Shown: positions 13,118 to 27,454, counted from the first letter of the stretch. The stretch is DNA of 64,000 bases from Eledone cirrhosa (GCA_964016885.1 OZ024743.1:46376001-46440000), one strand, 5' to 3'. The notes: generated by a model from the letters alone, not told the origin. Numbers and translations are program-made.

Positions 13118-13463
13118 GGAGGCACATGGCTTAGTGGTTAGAGCATTGGCCTTGCAATCGAAAGGTTGTGAGTTCAATTCTCAGACCGGGTGATGTGTTG
13201 TTTCCTTGAGCAAGACACTTTATTTCACATTGCTCCAGTTTACTCAGCTGTAGAAATGAGATGATAGGGACTGAGGGTCCCTATCATTCCACTGCAATGT
13301 GGTCGTGGAGGTGCCACGGCAAAAAAGCACCCAGCACTCACTGTAAATGAGGTTGGTGTTAGGAAGGGCATCCAGCTGTAGAAATCAAGCCAGAATCAGT
13401 TCCCGTCCCACCCTTGTAAACAGGGAAAAGTGGACGTAAAATGAAATGATGATGAATGATGAT
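13118..13463 (+). mobile_element. Full-length tRNA-derived SINE with RTE-derived 3' tail
   Basis: A-box TGGCTTAGTGG, B-box GAGTTCAATTC, CCTTGAGCAAGACACTT domain (MetaSINE-like), tail matching the RTE 3' UTR, (GAT)n end. Confidence 0.9.
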
Positions 13464-13527
13464 GTACGCACACACTCGACTATATATATATACACATATA
13501 CATACACATACATATATATATATATAT

Positions 13528-15835
13528 GGAGGAAGTTATAGTAATGGATATCGACTCTCGGCAACAACACCACGGAACCTAACAAACCCAGATTCCCGAT
13601 ATACCAACTGGATCGCCCACTCTGTCCACCGCCTGCCAACCGCGAGCTTGAAGAAAAACTCTTGAGGCTAAAACATTCCGTATTTAACATCTTACAGAAA
13701 CAGAAGAAGATAGCCCCAAACCTCTCCAGGACACAACTCGCCCTGAAGAACCTATGGAATAGGGAACTTATATACTTACCATCCGACAAAGGTAAAGAGT
13801 TTTGCGTCATCTCTCAAGCCACATACAACAACCTAGCCTTTGAACATCTAAGCGACAATGAACTATATACAGAGATCCCGGACATGACTGCAGCCCAGAT
13901 CGAAAAACAGACCAACTCCATCTGGTTCGACATCTGTAAGAGAAGACAACTCCCAAATAAAGTTAAGCTCAACTACACCACTAGAAATAGCAGACTGCCC
14001 ACTTTCTACCACCTCATCAAGACCCACAAGAATAGTACTAAGACCCAAATAAGACCCATTGTCTCTAGCATAGAAGGACCCCTATACAAAATTTCCTGGC
14101 TCCTCTCCCAGGTCCTCAAGCCTCTACTCTCCACCTTTCCCGGGCACGTCAATAGCTCCAACGAAGTCATACGTAGACTACACCAACTCCAGCCAAAACA
14201 ACTTAAACTAAATAGATACGCTTTTAGCCTCGACGTTGTCTCCCTCTACACTACAGTCCCCGCTCATCCAGCTGTCGATTTATTGATGGACTGCGTGGTC
14301 GCAGAGGACATCCACTGCTACGGCCTCCACCCGACGGACATACACCAGCTTTTGTCCTTCACAGTGGACAACACGTACTTCACCTTCCACCACCACACAT
14401 ACAGACAGACAACAGGATTACCCATGGGATCCAGCCTATCGGGCCTGCTGGCCATCACCTTTATGAACCAGCTAGACTGCCGAGCCCTCAACACCTGCCA
14501 TTCCCATACCTTCTTCACCCGATATGTAGATGACATACTCATCCTTACATCATCCCATCAGGAGGCGGATAAAATATACACAACATTCTTCAGCATGGAC
14601 GCCAGTATAAAGTTCAGCATGGAACACCCCGATGACCGCGGATCCCTATCCCTACTGGACTTCCAACTCAGGATAACAGAGGAAGACAACATCCACACTT
14701 GCTTCTATAAAAAAGCCGCCAGCAGGGACCTGTTCGTACATTTCAGATCAGCCTTCCCAACCAGCGCTAAGTTCGGATACATAAGGAACGAACTAACACG
14801 TATCTGGAACAAATGCACCGACGCTAGAGACCGAGACACACACACCACACATTTCCTGGAAGTACTCAAACTGAACAGATACATGACATCCACCACAAAC
14901 CGTGCCAGAAAGAACAGAGGACACCACACCTGAGGCACTAACACTTGCTTCCTGAAGCTCCCACACTTCAGTGACAAAACAACAATAGCCATCCGCAGAG
15001 CTATCAGACGAGAGATCCTTCTCTACGCGGACAGCTAACCAAAAGACACTCCACCAGACATGACAACCACTGCAGGCTAGCCAACTGCCCCATCAATGAC
15101 ACAGACCTATGCCACCAGGCTTACGTCATATACAGACTAGAGTGCGACAAATGCAGCAACTTCTACGTAGGTAGCACCACCAGACCACTCCACATAAGAA
15201 TAAAAGAACACCTCAATACTAACGCTTCCTCATTTAAGAAACACCTAGTTAAATGCAAAGACACTGACAAAACCACAACAGTTAGGATAGAAACTAAGGA
15301 AAGAAACCTCGACAATCTTAGAATTAAGGAAGCACTAATTATAGACAAAACACAACCACCAATCAATAATAGACTAGAACTCAACACCCAATTTATAACT
15401 TGATAGAGCATCTAGCCCCATATTTACACCCCCCCTCCCACACACGCTTACACCTCCACTTATTCTCTCTTACACACACACACATACACACACAAAGACC
15501 AGTTTTAACACGAGATAACATCTATCCCCCACATTTACTTATAGACATATCTTCTCACACTCACACACACATACTTACACCTTCACGCATTCTCCCACAC
15601 ACTTAAACAGGCATGTACAAAAAAAACAAAAGAAAACCTTTTAAAGGGAGACTACTCTCTTTATCCACCTAACCTTAACTCTTTGATATTAGAGATAGAA
15701 CAGATACTCTATACCATTTCCTGTCAGCATGACTTGGCAAGCTATTTAGAACACTGGTTTAACCGTTTTACTTCCCTCCGAAGAAGAGATATTATCTCGA
15801 AAATTAAGGACATTTAAATAAATTTAAGGTAAAAG
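13528..15835 (+). mobile_element. Penelope-like element: RT + GIY-YIG endonuclease, disrupted
   Basis: ORF 13662-14933 has DKG, IRPIVS, SLDVVSLYT, GLPMGSSLS and RYVDD. After a stop and frameshift comes VIYRLECDKCSNFYVGSTTRPLHIRIKEH (~15125-15210). Confidence 0.95.
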
Positions 15836-16369
15836 ACTAATTGTCAACAATATCTTTTGCATTTGCATTCTTTATTCTATGTCCATACCTGCATTGTTTT
15901 GGCTTTATTATACATATACAAACGTTTATATATATATATATATACATATACATATACATACACACACATACATATAAGTATGTAAAAAACATAGATATAA
16001 AAACAAATACACACACACATGCGCACATACGAATGCATTTGTATACATATACAAACACGCTCGCACACATAGATACAATATAAAAACCAGCCGTATGAAT
16101 AAATGAGTACAAATTATACACAAGTAAACATACATAAAAGCGGCTGAGAGACAACAGAATATATCTGGAGTTGAAAACGCAAGTGACATGTGGTATCAGG
16201 TAGTGAAAGAAAATGGGGAAGTAAAATATGTAAAGTTGTGAAGATATAAGGTAAGTGAATCAAAAAGCAGGGCGGGGGGAAGGGGGCTCACTGGTGGATG
16301 TGAAGTAAAAATAAAGTTTTTTTAAAAAAATAAAAGTAAATCAGAAAGAGAAGTCTGTAAAGAGGATAA

Positions 16370-18715
16370 TTTAAGGAAAGTGAAGAACAAGAGTTTATGG
16401 AGGATAACTATCTGAAAGTGAGTTAAGTTTATATGAGCTGGAAAGCAAGTGTGATTTCATGTGTGGGCAACTGGTGAAAATTTCTGTTTTTGCATTTAGG
16501 CGGGTTTTTGGTTATTTAAGGTTCTGTAAAATCCAATATTTTTCACTTATGCAGAGTGCGCATCTTCTTGTTCCTCTTGCATATTCTTTAGATTGGTTCA
16601 AAATTGACCAATCTAATTTATATTGGATAACTTGGTCTTTCAAATCCCATATTCTGCTAGCCAGAGCTGTTGTAAATCTTTTTTCAGGATGTCGCAAAGA
16701 TGCGACATGTGAGTAATAACGCGTTTTGAATTTGTCTTGTGTCATACCCACATATCGTTCACTGGTGGCTGGTAGGTTGTTGCTGGTGGTTGTCACTTTA
16801 GCCGCATATACAATGGCTTTGGTGTTGCATTTACCTTGTAATGGGCATTCACTTTTGACTCTACAGGAGCAATTTTGATGTTCTCTGGTTATTTTCTTAT
16901 TGAGGATATAAGATTTAATAGGGGGACCGCAGGAGTAGCTGATTTTGGCAGTTTCTATTGAAGATCTTATAGCATCTATGTGTTCTAGGGAAATGTTTAT
17001 CTAAGAGCTCTAGGAATTTTTTGCCTACGTTAGTTTTAACTGCTAAAGAGTAGGGGGGTGTGAACCAGATTATTTTTCTTTTCCTATTTTTATGTTTAAA
17101 GGAGTTAGTATTGTTGGGTATGTACTTAATCGGTTCGCTAAATCAGCTATTTTGAAGGGCTTTATTATAGTAGGGGGATGCTTTATTGAAAATAGCTTCT
17201 GAGGAAGAGAGGGTGGAGATCCTATGGCTAATATTAGGGATAAGATTTTTAAAAACCATAGGAGGATGGCAAGAGCCTTTATTTATATATTTTAAATTTT
17301 CATTAGGTTTATGGTACGGTTTATAAGAAGCAGGCAGATCTATGTTTATATCTAGAAAATTAACATTGGAAAGGTTAGTGTCAATGGTAATTTTAAGATT
17401 AAAACTAGCGAAGGTTTTTATTAAGTCTTTCCTTAATCTATCTAAGTTATGGATAGCCTATAGTGGTATGGGAAAGTATTAGACCATCGTCGCGATAAAG
17501 CCCAAAGGTATGGCTAGGGAATTTCTCTTTAAGTGTGTGTAGGAGGAATAGGCCAACTAAATCACACACGTCAGCACTGTCAAAAGAACCCATTGAGACA
17601 TCGAATGGGTTCTCTGGGTTAGATATTTTTACCCAAGTGTCATTATTAGTAAATAGTAAAGTGTTTCTAGCATCCAAAATGACATTCTCTTCAATATCAG
17701 AAATATTGATAAACTTTCTAGCGAAATGTAAGGTTTTCGTTAAAAGAGGGTGAGTAATAGACAGGTAGAAGTCTACAATGTCAAATTGGGTGAAACTAGA
17801 ACTATTTTTATCTTTAATATTATTAAACCAATGTACTACGAAAGAGCTATTTATCCATTGGAGTAATTCAGACTTACTTCTAATATGTTTGTTTATATTA
17901 TTTAATATTTTTTTGCTAGCAAGACCGATTTCTGTCTTAGCAGGGTTGATTAATCTACAACTAGGACAATTAATAAAATCAGGTTTGTGATCTTTGAGGG
18001 TGATATTGGCATTACGTTTAGCAAGTTTTTCTGTTCTATTGTCTATTTTTAAAAAATTAGCTAATTCTTTAGCTTCCTTATTTATAGTATTATAGGTGTT
18101 TATATTAGCTATTTGGTATTTAGAGGTAATGTTATCTGTTAAGAGTTGGTCATGTAAGTTATTATTAACTTCGTATAAGTTTTTAGTTTTGTCAGAGAAA
18201 ATGAACTTATTTTTAGAAGATTTGAATATTGAAATATCGTTAGATAGTTTAGATTGAAAAGGGTTAGAGTACTTACGGAATTTGATTTGGTTGATTAAAT
18301 TAACTAAGTCTAGTTCAAAAGTGGTCATATCTTTTACTCTTTGCGGGTATTTATGAGACTTGATATCAAAATATTCTGTAGAGTCCGTGTTAAAGTGTCC
18401 ATCGAAAATCAAAGCTTTCCATCTCATTCTTTTAACAACTTTCTCTACTTTGTATATCAACATTTTAGTGTAGGAAGTGTTAGAAGGTGTTGGGATATTC
18501 TTGATGGAGTAATCCAAATAATGTCTATCCATGTTCAGTATTGTTTAAAAATCCTTTTGACTGAAGAGTGCTTGACTTTAAAAGGGCTGGAAGGTGCCAA
18601 TCTGATAAAAATGTAGAATATGCTACGATCATTCCCTTGCGACTGTTTGAAAAAGTCATAGGAGTGAAGAGTGTTCTATGAAAGTACCAGAGCTAAATTT
18701 AATCATCTATATACT
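16370..18715 (-). mobile_element. Second Penelope-like element (different subfamily), frameshifted
   Basis: ORF 18532-17447 has CRLINPAK, QFDIVDFY, FDVSMGSFD and LYRDDGL; GIY-YIG region IVYAAKV...YVGMTQDKFKTRY...CALCISEK. Confidence 0.92.
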
Positions 18716-18799
18716 ACTAAAACTCTGATCTTGATTGTTTGCTTGCTTGCTTGCTTGCACACACTTTCTCTATATATATATGTTCATATTTGTGTATAT

Positions 18800-18890
18800 A
18801 CAGGTTGTCCCCCCAAAAATGTATACACACTTTGATTACCTGTACACACAATATATATATTAGAATGGTGTATACATTTTTAGGGACCCC

Positions 18891-18929
<39 letters not shown>

Positions 18930-19118
18930 TGTCCCCGAAAAATGTATACACACTTTGATTACCTGTACAGGCAATATATATATTAGAATGGTGTATACAT
19001 TTTTAGGGACCCCGGTATATATATATATATATGGTGTCCCCTAAAAATGTATACACACTTTGCTTATCTGTACAGGCAATATATATATTAGAATGGTGTA
19101 TACATTTTTAGGGACCCC

Positions 19119-19165
<47 letters not shown>

Positions 19166-19556
19166 TGTCCCCGAAAAATGTATACACACTTTGATTACCT
19201 GTACAGGCAATATATATATTAGAATAGTGTATACATTTTTAGGGACCCCGGTATATATATATATATGGTGTCCCCGAAAAATGTATACACACTTTGATTA
19301 CCTGTACAGGCAATATATATATAAGAATGGTGCATACATTTTTAGGGACACCGGTATATATATATATATGATGTCCCCGAAAAATGTATACACACTTTGA
19401 TTACCTGTACAGGCAATATATATATTAGAATGGTGTATATATTTTTAGTGACCCCGGTATATATATATATGGTGTCCCCGAAAAATGTATACACACTTTG
19501 ATTACCTGTACAAGCAATATATATATTAGAATGGTGTATACATTTTTAGGGACCCC

Positions 19557-19605
<49 letters not shown>

Positions 19606-20095
19606 TCCCCGAAAAATGTATACACAGTTTGATTACCTGTACAGGCAATATATATATTAGAATGGTGTATACATTTTTAGGGACACCGGTATATATATAT
19701 ATGTCCCCGAAAAATGTATACACACTTTGATTACCTGTACAGGCAATATATATATTAGAATGGTGAATACATTTTTAGGGACCCCGGTATATATATATAT
19801 AGTGTCCCCGAAAAATGTATACACACTTTGATTACCTGTACAGGCAATATATATATTAGAATGGTTAAATACATTTTTAGGGACACCGGTATATATATAT
19901 ATATATGGTGTCCCGGAAAAATGTATACATACTTTGATTACCTGTACAGGCAATATATATATTAGAATGGTGTATACATTTTTAGGGACCCCGGTATATA
20001 TATATATATGGTGTCCCCGAAAAATGTATACACACTTTGATTACCTGTACAGGCAATATATATATTAGAATGGTGTATACATTTTTAGGGACACC

Positions 20096-20138
<43 letters not shown>

Positions 20139-20225
20139 TGTCCCCGAAAAATGTATACACACTTTGATTATCTGTACAGGCAATATATATATTAGAATGG
20201 TGTATACATTTTTAGGGACACCGGT
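18800..20225. repeat. Tandem array of ~13 ~90-bp TIR-bounded MITE-like units separated by (TA)n
   Basis: Unit ggtgtccccgaaaaatgtatacac...gtgtatacatttttagggacaccgg; the ends are ~24-bp inverted repeats of Tc1/mariner style. Confidence 0.88.
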
Positions 20226-20379
20226 ATATATATATATATATACTGAGAGAGAGAGAGAGAGAGAGGCATATCAGTAGACCTGCCATGTTCACAAACATCA
20301 CTGGAAGACCATGCAAACTCTTTACTCTAGTAATACAAGGTGGTGTCATATAAAATGACTAGCATAGCAGCATCAACTA

Positions 20380-22190
20380 CTACAAGAAAGGGAGATGCAC
20401 TGAGGAAACTAGAGACATCAAGTTGATGGATCAAGTCACAAAAGTTACTAAAAGAGCTATCCACAACTAATTCGAGATAGAATTAACATGAAAGATATGC
20501 AGTTTGGCTTTATGCCCAGTAAAAGTAGCACAGATTCTCCCTTGTGAGACAACTGCAGGAGAGGTACCTAGCTGAGAGTAAGCCCCTTTACCTAGCATTT
20601 GTTGACCTGGAAAAAGCTTTTGACAGGGTTCCCCGCACCATAATCTGGTGGGCTCTTAGGAAACTAAGGGTAGGGAAAATGGCTTATAAGGGTGATACAA
20701 GTTATGTACAGAGATGCAGTCAGTAAGGTTAGAGTCAGCAATGAATATAGTGGTGAATTTAGTATGCAAGTGAGGGCCCACCATGACTGTCCTCAGCTCC
20801 CTCCTGTTTATTATTACCCTTCATATCATAACAGAGGAGTTTAAGATTGGCTGCCCATAACTCTTGTATGCCAATGATCTAGTTCTCATAGCTGAAACTG
20901 CAGCAGAATTAGAGAAGAAATGGAAGCAAAACCTGGCATCAAAAGGCTTCAGGGTCAACCTATCAAAGACCAAAGTCCTAGTGAGTAAATAGAAAACAGG
21001 GCTCGATTTCTTCAGGGAAATAGCCCTGCTCAGTACACAGGAAAGGAGCACAAAATATAGGCTATGGATACACAAAAGATGTGGGATCTCAGACAGGCTA
21101 GCAAAGAATGTAGGCTTTGTATGTGGTTGATACAGGAGCAGGAAATCCTATCAAATGCTGAGATGGCTTCCTAGAAATAGTCAACAGCTTCTGCTACCTG
21201 GGAGGCCAAATTAGCAGTGGGATTGATGTTCTTAAAGTACAATAGCCAAAGTGAAGATGGGCTGGAAGAAGTTCAGGGAGCTACTACCACAGATTGCTAT
21301 AAAGGGTCTCTGATTTAGAGTGAAAGGCAGACTGTAAGATGCTTGCATGTGAATAGCAATGCTACATGGTAGTGAAAACTGGACTTTATGTATGGAGGAC
21401 ATATGGAGATTGGAAAGAAATGAGGCAAGCATGCTTCATTGAACATGTAATTGTAGTAAACATGCAGTAAACATGCACAAGTATGAATAAGCAGAGAGAA
21501 AAACTGGGCATTAGAGGCATTAGTTGCAGCTCACAGAAGAGGAGACTGCAATGGCAGGGACATAAAGAGGATGGAAAATTATAGACCTCCCTCCACCCTA
21601 AACTCAAAGAAGCAGAGAGACAACACTCAAGTACCACTCCTACTCCACCTGCCAGTATACTCCAGAATACCCTGCCAGCATGCCCCTGATTCTTTCCTCC
21701 GCCTTAAACCTGAAGAACCAGAGAGATGGAACAATTCTCAGGTCCTTGCCTGCTAGTATACACCTGAGCGCTTTTCCCAACCTATGCTGGCATAGAAAAC
21801 CTGAATGAACCTTGACCGTTTCACACACACACACTGAACCCTTGCACCCCCAATACTTTCCCAACCCAGGGAATCCTGGCACATCCCAAAATGACATAAA
21901 TTGCCCACCTACTTGCTCCAAGCAGTATATAAACTCTTTTTAGGCCATCAAAGGAAACCAGGCACACTCCACAATATGTCAGACACCATCCACTTACTCC
22001 AAGCCCATCACCATAAACCCCCTTCCAGCAGTGCCATGACTGTACCTCAGTTCCAACTGCTACCAATGCCTTCTGTGATACTACTGGTGCATCAACAAAA
22101 GCACCCAGTCCAGCCTATAAAGAAATAGTGCTGGTGCCATGACAAAAAGTACCCAGTCCACCCTGAAAAAGTGAGTGTCCGATCACGATA
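20380..22190 (+). mobile_element. Degenerate RTE (RT to 3' UTR)
   Basis: RQLQERYLAESKPLYLAFVDLEKAFDRVPRTIIWWALRKL; multiple stops. Confidence 0.85.
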
Positions 22191-22192
22191 AA

Positions 22193-25100
22193 ATGCTCCC
22201 AGTACATGCAGTCAAGTGGATGGTAATAGGAAGGGCAGCCAACCGTAGAAACCATGCTCCCAGTACTTGCAGTCAAGTGGTTGGTATTAGGAAGGGCAGC
22301 CAACCATAGAAACCATGCTCCCAGTACTTGCAGTCAAGTGGATGGTATTAGGAAGGGCAGCCAACCATAGAAACCATGCTCCCAGTACTTGCAGTCAAGT
22401 GGTTGGTAATAGGAAGGGCAGCCAACCATAGAAACCATGCTCCCAGTACTTGCAGTCAAGTGGATGGTAATAGGAAGGGCAGCCAACCATAGAAACCATG
22501 CTCCCAGTACTTGCAGTCAAGTGGATGGTAATAGGAAGGGCAGCCAGCCATAGAAACCATGCTCCCAGTACTTGCAGTCAAGTGGATGGTAATAGGAAGG
22601 GCAGCCAACCATAGAAACCATGCTCCCAGTACTTGCAGTCAAGTGGATGGTATTAGGAAGGGCAGCCAACCATAGAAACCATGCTCCCAGTACTTGCAGT
22701 CAAGTGGTTGGTATTAGGAAGGGCAGCCAACCATAGAAACCATGCTCCCAGTACTTGCAGTCAAGTGGTTGGTAATAGGAAGGGCAGCCAGCCATAGAAA
22801 CCATGCTCCCAGTACTTGCAGTCAAGTGGATGGTATTAGGAAGGGCAGCCAGCCATAGAAACCATGCTCCCAGTACTTGCAGTCAAGTGGTTGGTAATAG
22901 GAAGGGCAGCGAACCATAGAAACCATGCTCCCAGTACTTGCAGTCAAGTGGATGGTATTAGGAAGGGCAGCCAGCCATAGAAACCATGCTCCCAGTACAT
23001 GCAGTCAAGTGGTTGGTAATAGGAAGGGCAGCCAACCATAGAAACCATGCTCCCAGTACTTGCAGTCAAGTGGATGGTATTAGGAAGGGCAGCCAGCCAT
23101 AGAAACCATGCTCCCAGTACTTGCAGTCAAGTGGTTGGTAATAGGAAGGGCAGCCAGCCATAGAAACCATGCTCCCAGTACTTGCAGTCAAGTGGTTGGT
23201 AATAGGAAGGGCAGCCAGCCATAGAAACCATGCTCCCAGTACATGCAGTCAAGTGGATGGTAATAGGAAGGGCAGCCAACCATAGAAACCATGCTCCCAG
23301 TACTTGCAGTCAAGTGGATGGTATTAGGAAGGGCAGCCAGCCATAGAAACCATGCTCCCAGTACATGCAGTCAAGTGGTTGGTAATAGGAAGGGCAGCCA
23401 GCCATAGAAACCATGCTCCCAGTACTTGCAGTCAAGTGGTTGGTAATAGGAAGGGCAGCCAGCCATAGAAACCATGCTCCCAGTACATGCAGTCAAGTGG
23501 TTGGTAATAGGAAGGGCAGCCAGCCATAGAAACCATGCTCCCAGTACTTGCAGTCAAGTGGATGGTATTAGGAAGGGCAGCCAGCCATAGAAACCATGCT
23601 CCCAGTACTTGCAGTCAAGTGGATGGTAATAGGAAGGGCAGCCAGCCATAGAAACCATGCTCCCAGTACTTGCAGTCAAGTGGATGGTATTAGGAAGGGC
23701 AGCCAACCATAGAAACCATGCTCCCAGTACTTGCAGTCAAGTGGTTGGTAATAGGAAGGGCAGCCAGCCATAGAAACCATGCTCCCAGTACTTGCAGTCA
23801 AGTGGTTGGTAATAGGAAGGGCAGCCAGCCATAGAAACCATGCTCCCAGTACATGCAGTCAAGTGGTTGGTAATAGGAAGGGCAGCCAGCCATAGAAACC
23901 ATGCTCCCAGTACATACAGTCAAGTGGTTGGTAATAGGAAGGGCAGCCAACCATAGAAACCATGCTCCCAGTACTTGCAGTCAAGTGGTTGGTAATAGGA
24001 AGGGCAGCCAACCATAGAAACCATGCTCCCAGTACTTGCAGTCAAGTGGTTGGTAATAGGAAGGGCAGCCAACCATAGAAACCATGCTCCCAGTACTTGC
24101 AGTCAAGTGGTTGGTAATAGGAAGGGCAGCCAACCATAGAAACCATGCTCCCAGTACTTGCAGTCAAGTGGTTGGTAATAGGAAGGGCAGCCAACCATAG
24201 AAACCATGCTCCCAGTACTTGCAGTCAAGTGGTTGGTAATAGGAAGGGCAGCCAACCATAGAAACCATGCTCCCAGTACTTGCAGTCAAGTGGTTGGTAA
24301 TAGGAAGGGCAGCCAACCATAGAAACCATGCTCCCAGTACTTGCAGTCAAGTGGTTGGTAATAGGAAGGGCAGCCAACCATAGAAACCATGCTCCCAGTA
24401 CTTGCAGTCAAGTGGTTGGTAATAGGAAGGGCAGCCAACCATAGAAACCATGCTCCCAGTACTTGCAGTCAAGTGGTTGGTAATAGGAAGGGCAGCCAAC
24501 CATAGAAACCATGCTCCCAGTACTTGCAGTCAAGTGGTTGGTAATAGGAAGGGCAGCCAGCCATAGAAACCATGCTCCCAGTACATGCAGTCAAGTGGTT
24601 GGTAATAGGAAGGGCAGCCAGCCATAGAAACCATGCTCCCAGTACATGCAGTCAAGTGGTTGGTAATAGGAAGGGCAGCCAACCATAGAAACCATGCTCC
24701 CAGTACTTGCAGTCAAGTGGTTGGTAATAGGAAGGGCAGCCAGCCATAGAAACCATGCTCCCAGTACATGCAGTCAAGTGGATGGTAATAGGAAGGGCAG
24801 CCAGCCATAGAAACCATGCTCCCAGTACTTGCAGTCAAGTGGTTGGTAATAGGAAGGGCAGCCAGCCATAGAAACCATGCTCCCAGTACTTGCAGTCAAG
24901 TGGTTGGTAATAGGAAGGGCAGCCAGCCATAGAAACCATGCTCCCAGTACTTGCAGTCAAGTGGATGGTAATAGGAAGGGCAGCCAGCCATAGAAACCAT
25001 GCTCCCAGTACTTGCAGTCAAGTGGTTGGTAATAGGAAGGGCAGCCAGCCATAGAAACCATGCTCCCAGTACATGCAGTCAAGTGGTTGGTAATAGGAAG

Positions 25101-25372
25101 GGCAGCCAGCCATAGAAACCATGCTCCCAGTACATGCAGTCAAGTGGTTGGTAATAGGAAGGGCAGCCAGCCATAGAAACCATGCTCCCAGTACATGCAG
25201 TCAAGTGGATGGTAATAGGAAGGGCAGCCAGCCATAGAAACCATGCTCCCAGTACATGCAGTCAAGTGGATGGTAATAGGAAGGGCAGCCAGCCATAGAA
25301 ACCATGCTCCCAGTACTTGCAGTCAAGTGGATGGTATTAGGAAGGGCAGCCAACCGTAGAAACCATGCTCTC
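22193..25372 (+). repeat. 61-bp minisatellite, ~52 copies
   Basis: Unit gaaaccatgctcccagtacttgcagtcaagtggttggtaataggaagggcagccaaccata. Confidence 0.97.
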
Positions 25373-27454
25373 AGTAATTGCTATCTAACCCATGTAGGCA
25401 GACGTTAAATGGTCATGATGATTCCTCATCACGGCGGAAAAAATTTAATGTTTTGTTTGTTTGTTTGTTGTTTTTGTGTGCGTTGGGGGGGGGGGGGGTA
25501 CCAACAAACTTTAATTTTTGGATACTTTTTAATACAATCCGCTAGTTTTGTCAAATTTGCTGCGTGTTTGTGAAAGTGATATGGCAAGCCTGGAATGAAG
25601 TGTCGATGTGGCATTTCCTGGGAGTCTTCGTAGATTTTCATGTCGGCTGAATGTGGATCGCTTTGAACATTATCATAAAACGCGCCCTGGCTAAAATAAA
25701 TAACCCCCCGTCAATTTTTGAGCCATTGGAATTGTCCAGTGATGATGGGAAATGGTTAATCAATTAACCATTTGGCCTTGGTCGACAGGTAGAAGCTTTA
25801 CATGGGACGCTACTGTCACCTCCATGGTATTTCCTAAAAGCCCCGCTACAGCAGAGATGGGGTTACTGCATCCATAGCTGGATGAAATAAGATAATGAAA
25901 TACCGTAATTTGTCGGCAAATTATTATATTTTCAACTCGCAGCAATTGAGATGTTATAGGGGGGGGGGGGGGGGTAGCAACGAAGTTTTTGTCTCATCTT
26001 ACTGGGGTATCGAATGATGTTCGTAATGGTGTTCTTTCTACCACCCAACGCAGTAATACCGTGTTTTGTTTCGAATATTTTTAGGCATTCCCTGTTGTAG
26101 TGTGTATGTCTTGTCTTTTCTTTGTAAAAGTCTTATTGTAATCGTCCGCTTGCTTTGTCTAATAAAAGTTTGATTACTTTTAGGTTGTTGTTGTCTGTTT
26201 ACATTGTTAATTGCATTCGCTAAATTAAAACATTAAATGAGTCATGCTTTCAAATTAATCGCAATTTATTTTCACTTATTTTTAGCTAATGTGATATCCA
26301 GAACACATCAAAAGCAATGAAAGGGATGTCAGCTACAACTAGATACATTGAATACACGTTGTTGTTTAGCCCTAGGTCAACGCTGACTGAGCAAAGCAAG
26401 TGTAGTAACCTTAGTAATCTGTTTGTAAATAAATTATATATAAAAAAAACGTCGTAATGCCTTATGATGATATTTGCCACAACATTCCCTTGGACTGCTT
26501 CGGTTACTCTCTGTGATACAATACACAAACAAATATTAACATTCTCAAAACATATAACTATCCATTAACTCTCTCTAACAATAACACTAAAATACCTATT
26601 TCTAAACAAGTCTAATATGGCATATTTTAAAGAAACACGCATATGTGAGGTGATTATCCCGTGTGGATTAGCTAAAATAGTGGGACTATCTCTAATTAAA
26701 TAGAAAAAGACAAAGGATAGAATATGCAGTAAATTAATATCAGTAAATCTAACACTGATTAATTCTAAGTGGGGTTAGTGAACAGCGGCTGGAGTAAACA
26801 GCTGCAAATAATTGTGTAAAGCAAATATGATCTGAATTATGCAAATTACGTTTTAATAAATAAAAACAATTTTACAAATCCGATCGTCCAAATGGTTCCA
26901 CATAAAATTCATTATGTATATATTAAAAAAGAAATAGCTACTAAGTTAGTAGAAAGTGTAGAGGGAGAGAGAAATAAGCACATGTCGAGCTGAATAAGTA
27001 ATTCCATGCGGCAAAGATTTATTTGAGCGGGTACGTTTGGTAGGGTATCCTATCATAGAAGGATAAATGTTCATATTTATCAAATTATAACAAAAACTAT
27101 CCAGAAGACTTTACGATGTTGTTCTGTAAAATAGTTAAAATATGATTTTTTTCGAAATATGACATTTAATAATAACTCGTGTGGATTGACATTGATGTGT
27201 ACAGGAGTAAGCATGTTAAGAGAATAAATTATGTGGTATGGTTTCGTTTTACGGGAAATTTTCAGTGATTAAATACAGAAAGACTGGTAGCTATATAACA
27301 ATCATAATCCAGATGTACACAGCCATGTTAAGATGATGCAACAATGAAATTATATATTAATAGAAAAAAATCAACAATTATTTGAACACTTGAATTTTAA
27401 AACAAATGATATAATAATGCATTTAATGTAGATGAAAATATTTGCTGTTCTTAC

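Noticed and set aside
13118-13190. tRNA gene (Cys-like, GCA)
   Set aside because: Head of a SINE that continues into body and tail, with multiple copies in the window.
22193-25372. CRISPR-like array
   Set aside because: No unique spacers and no cas genes; eukaryotic tandem repeat. The same applies to 18800-20225 and 38250-38890.
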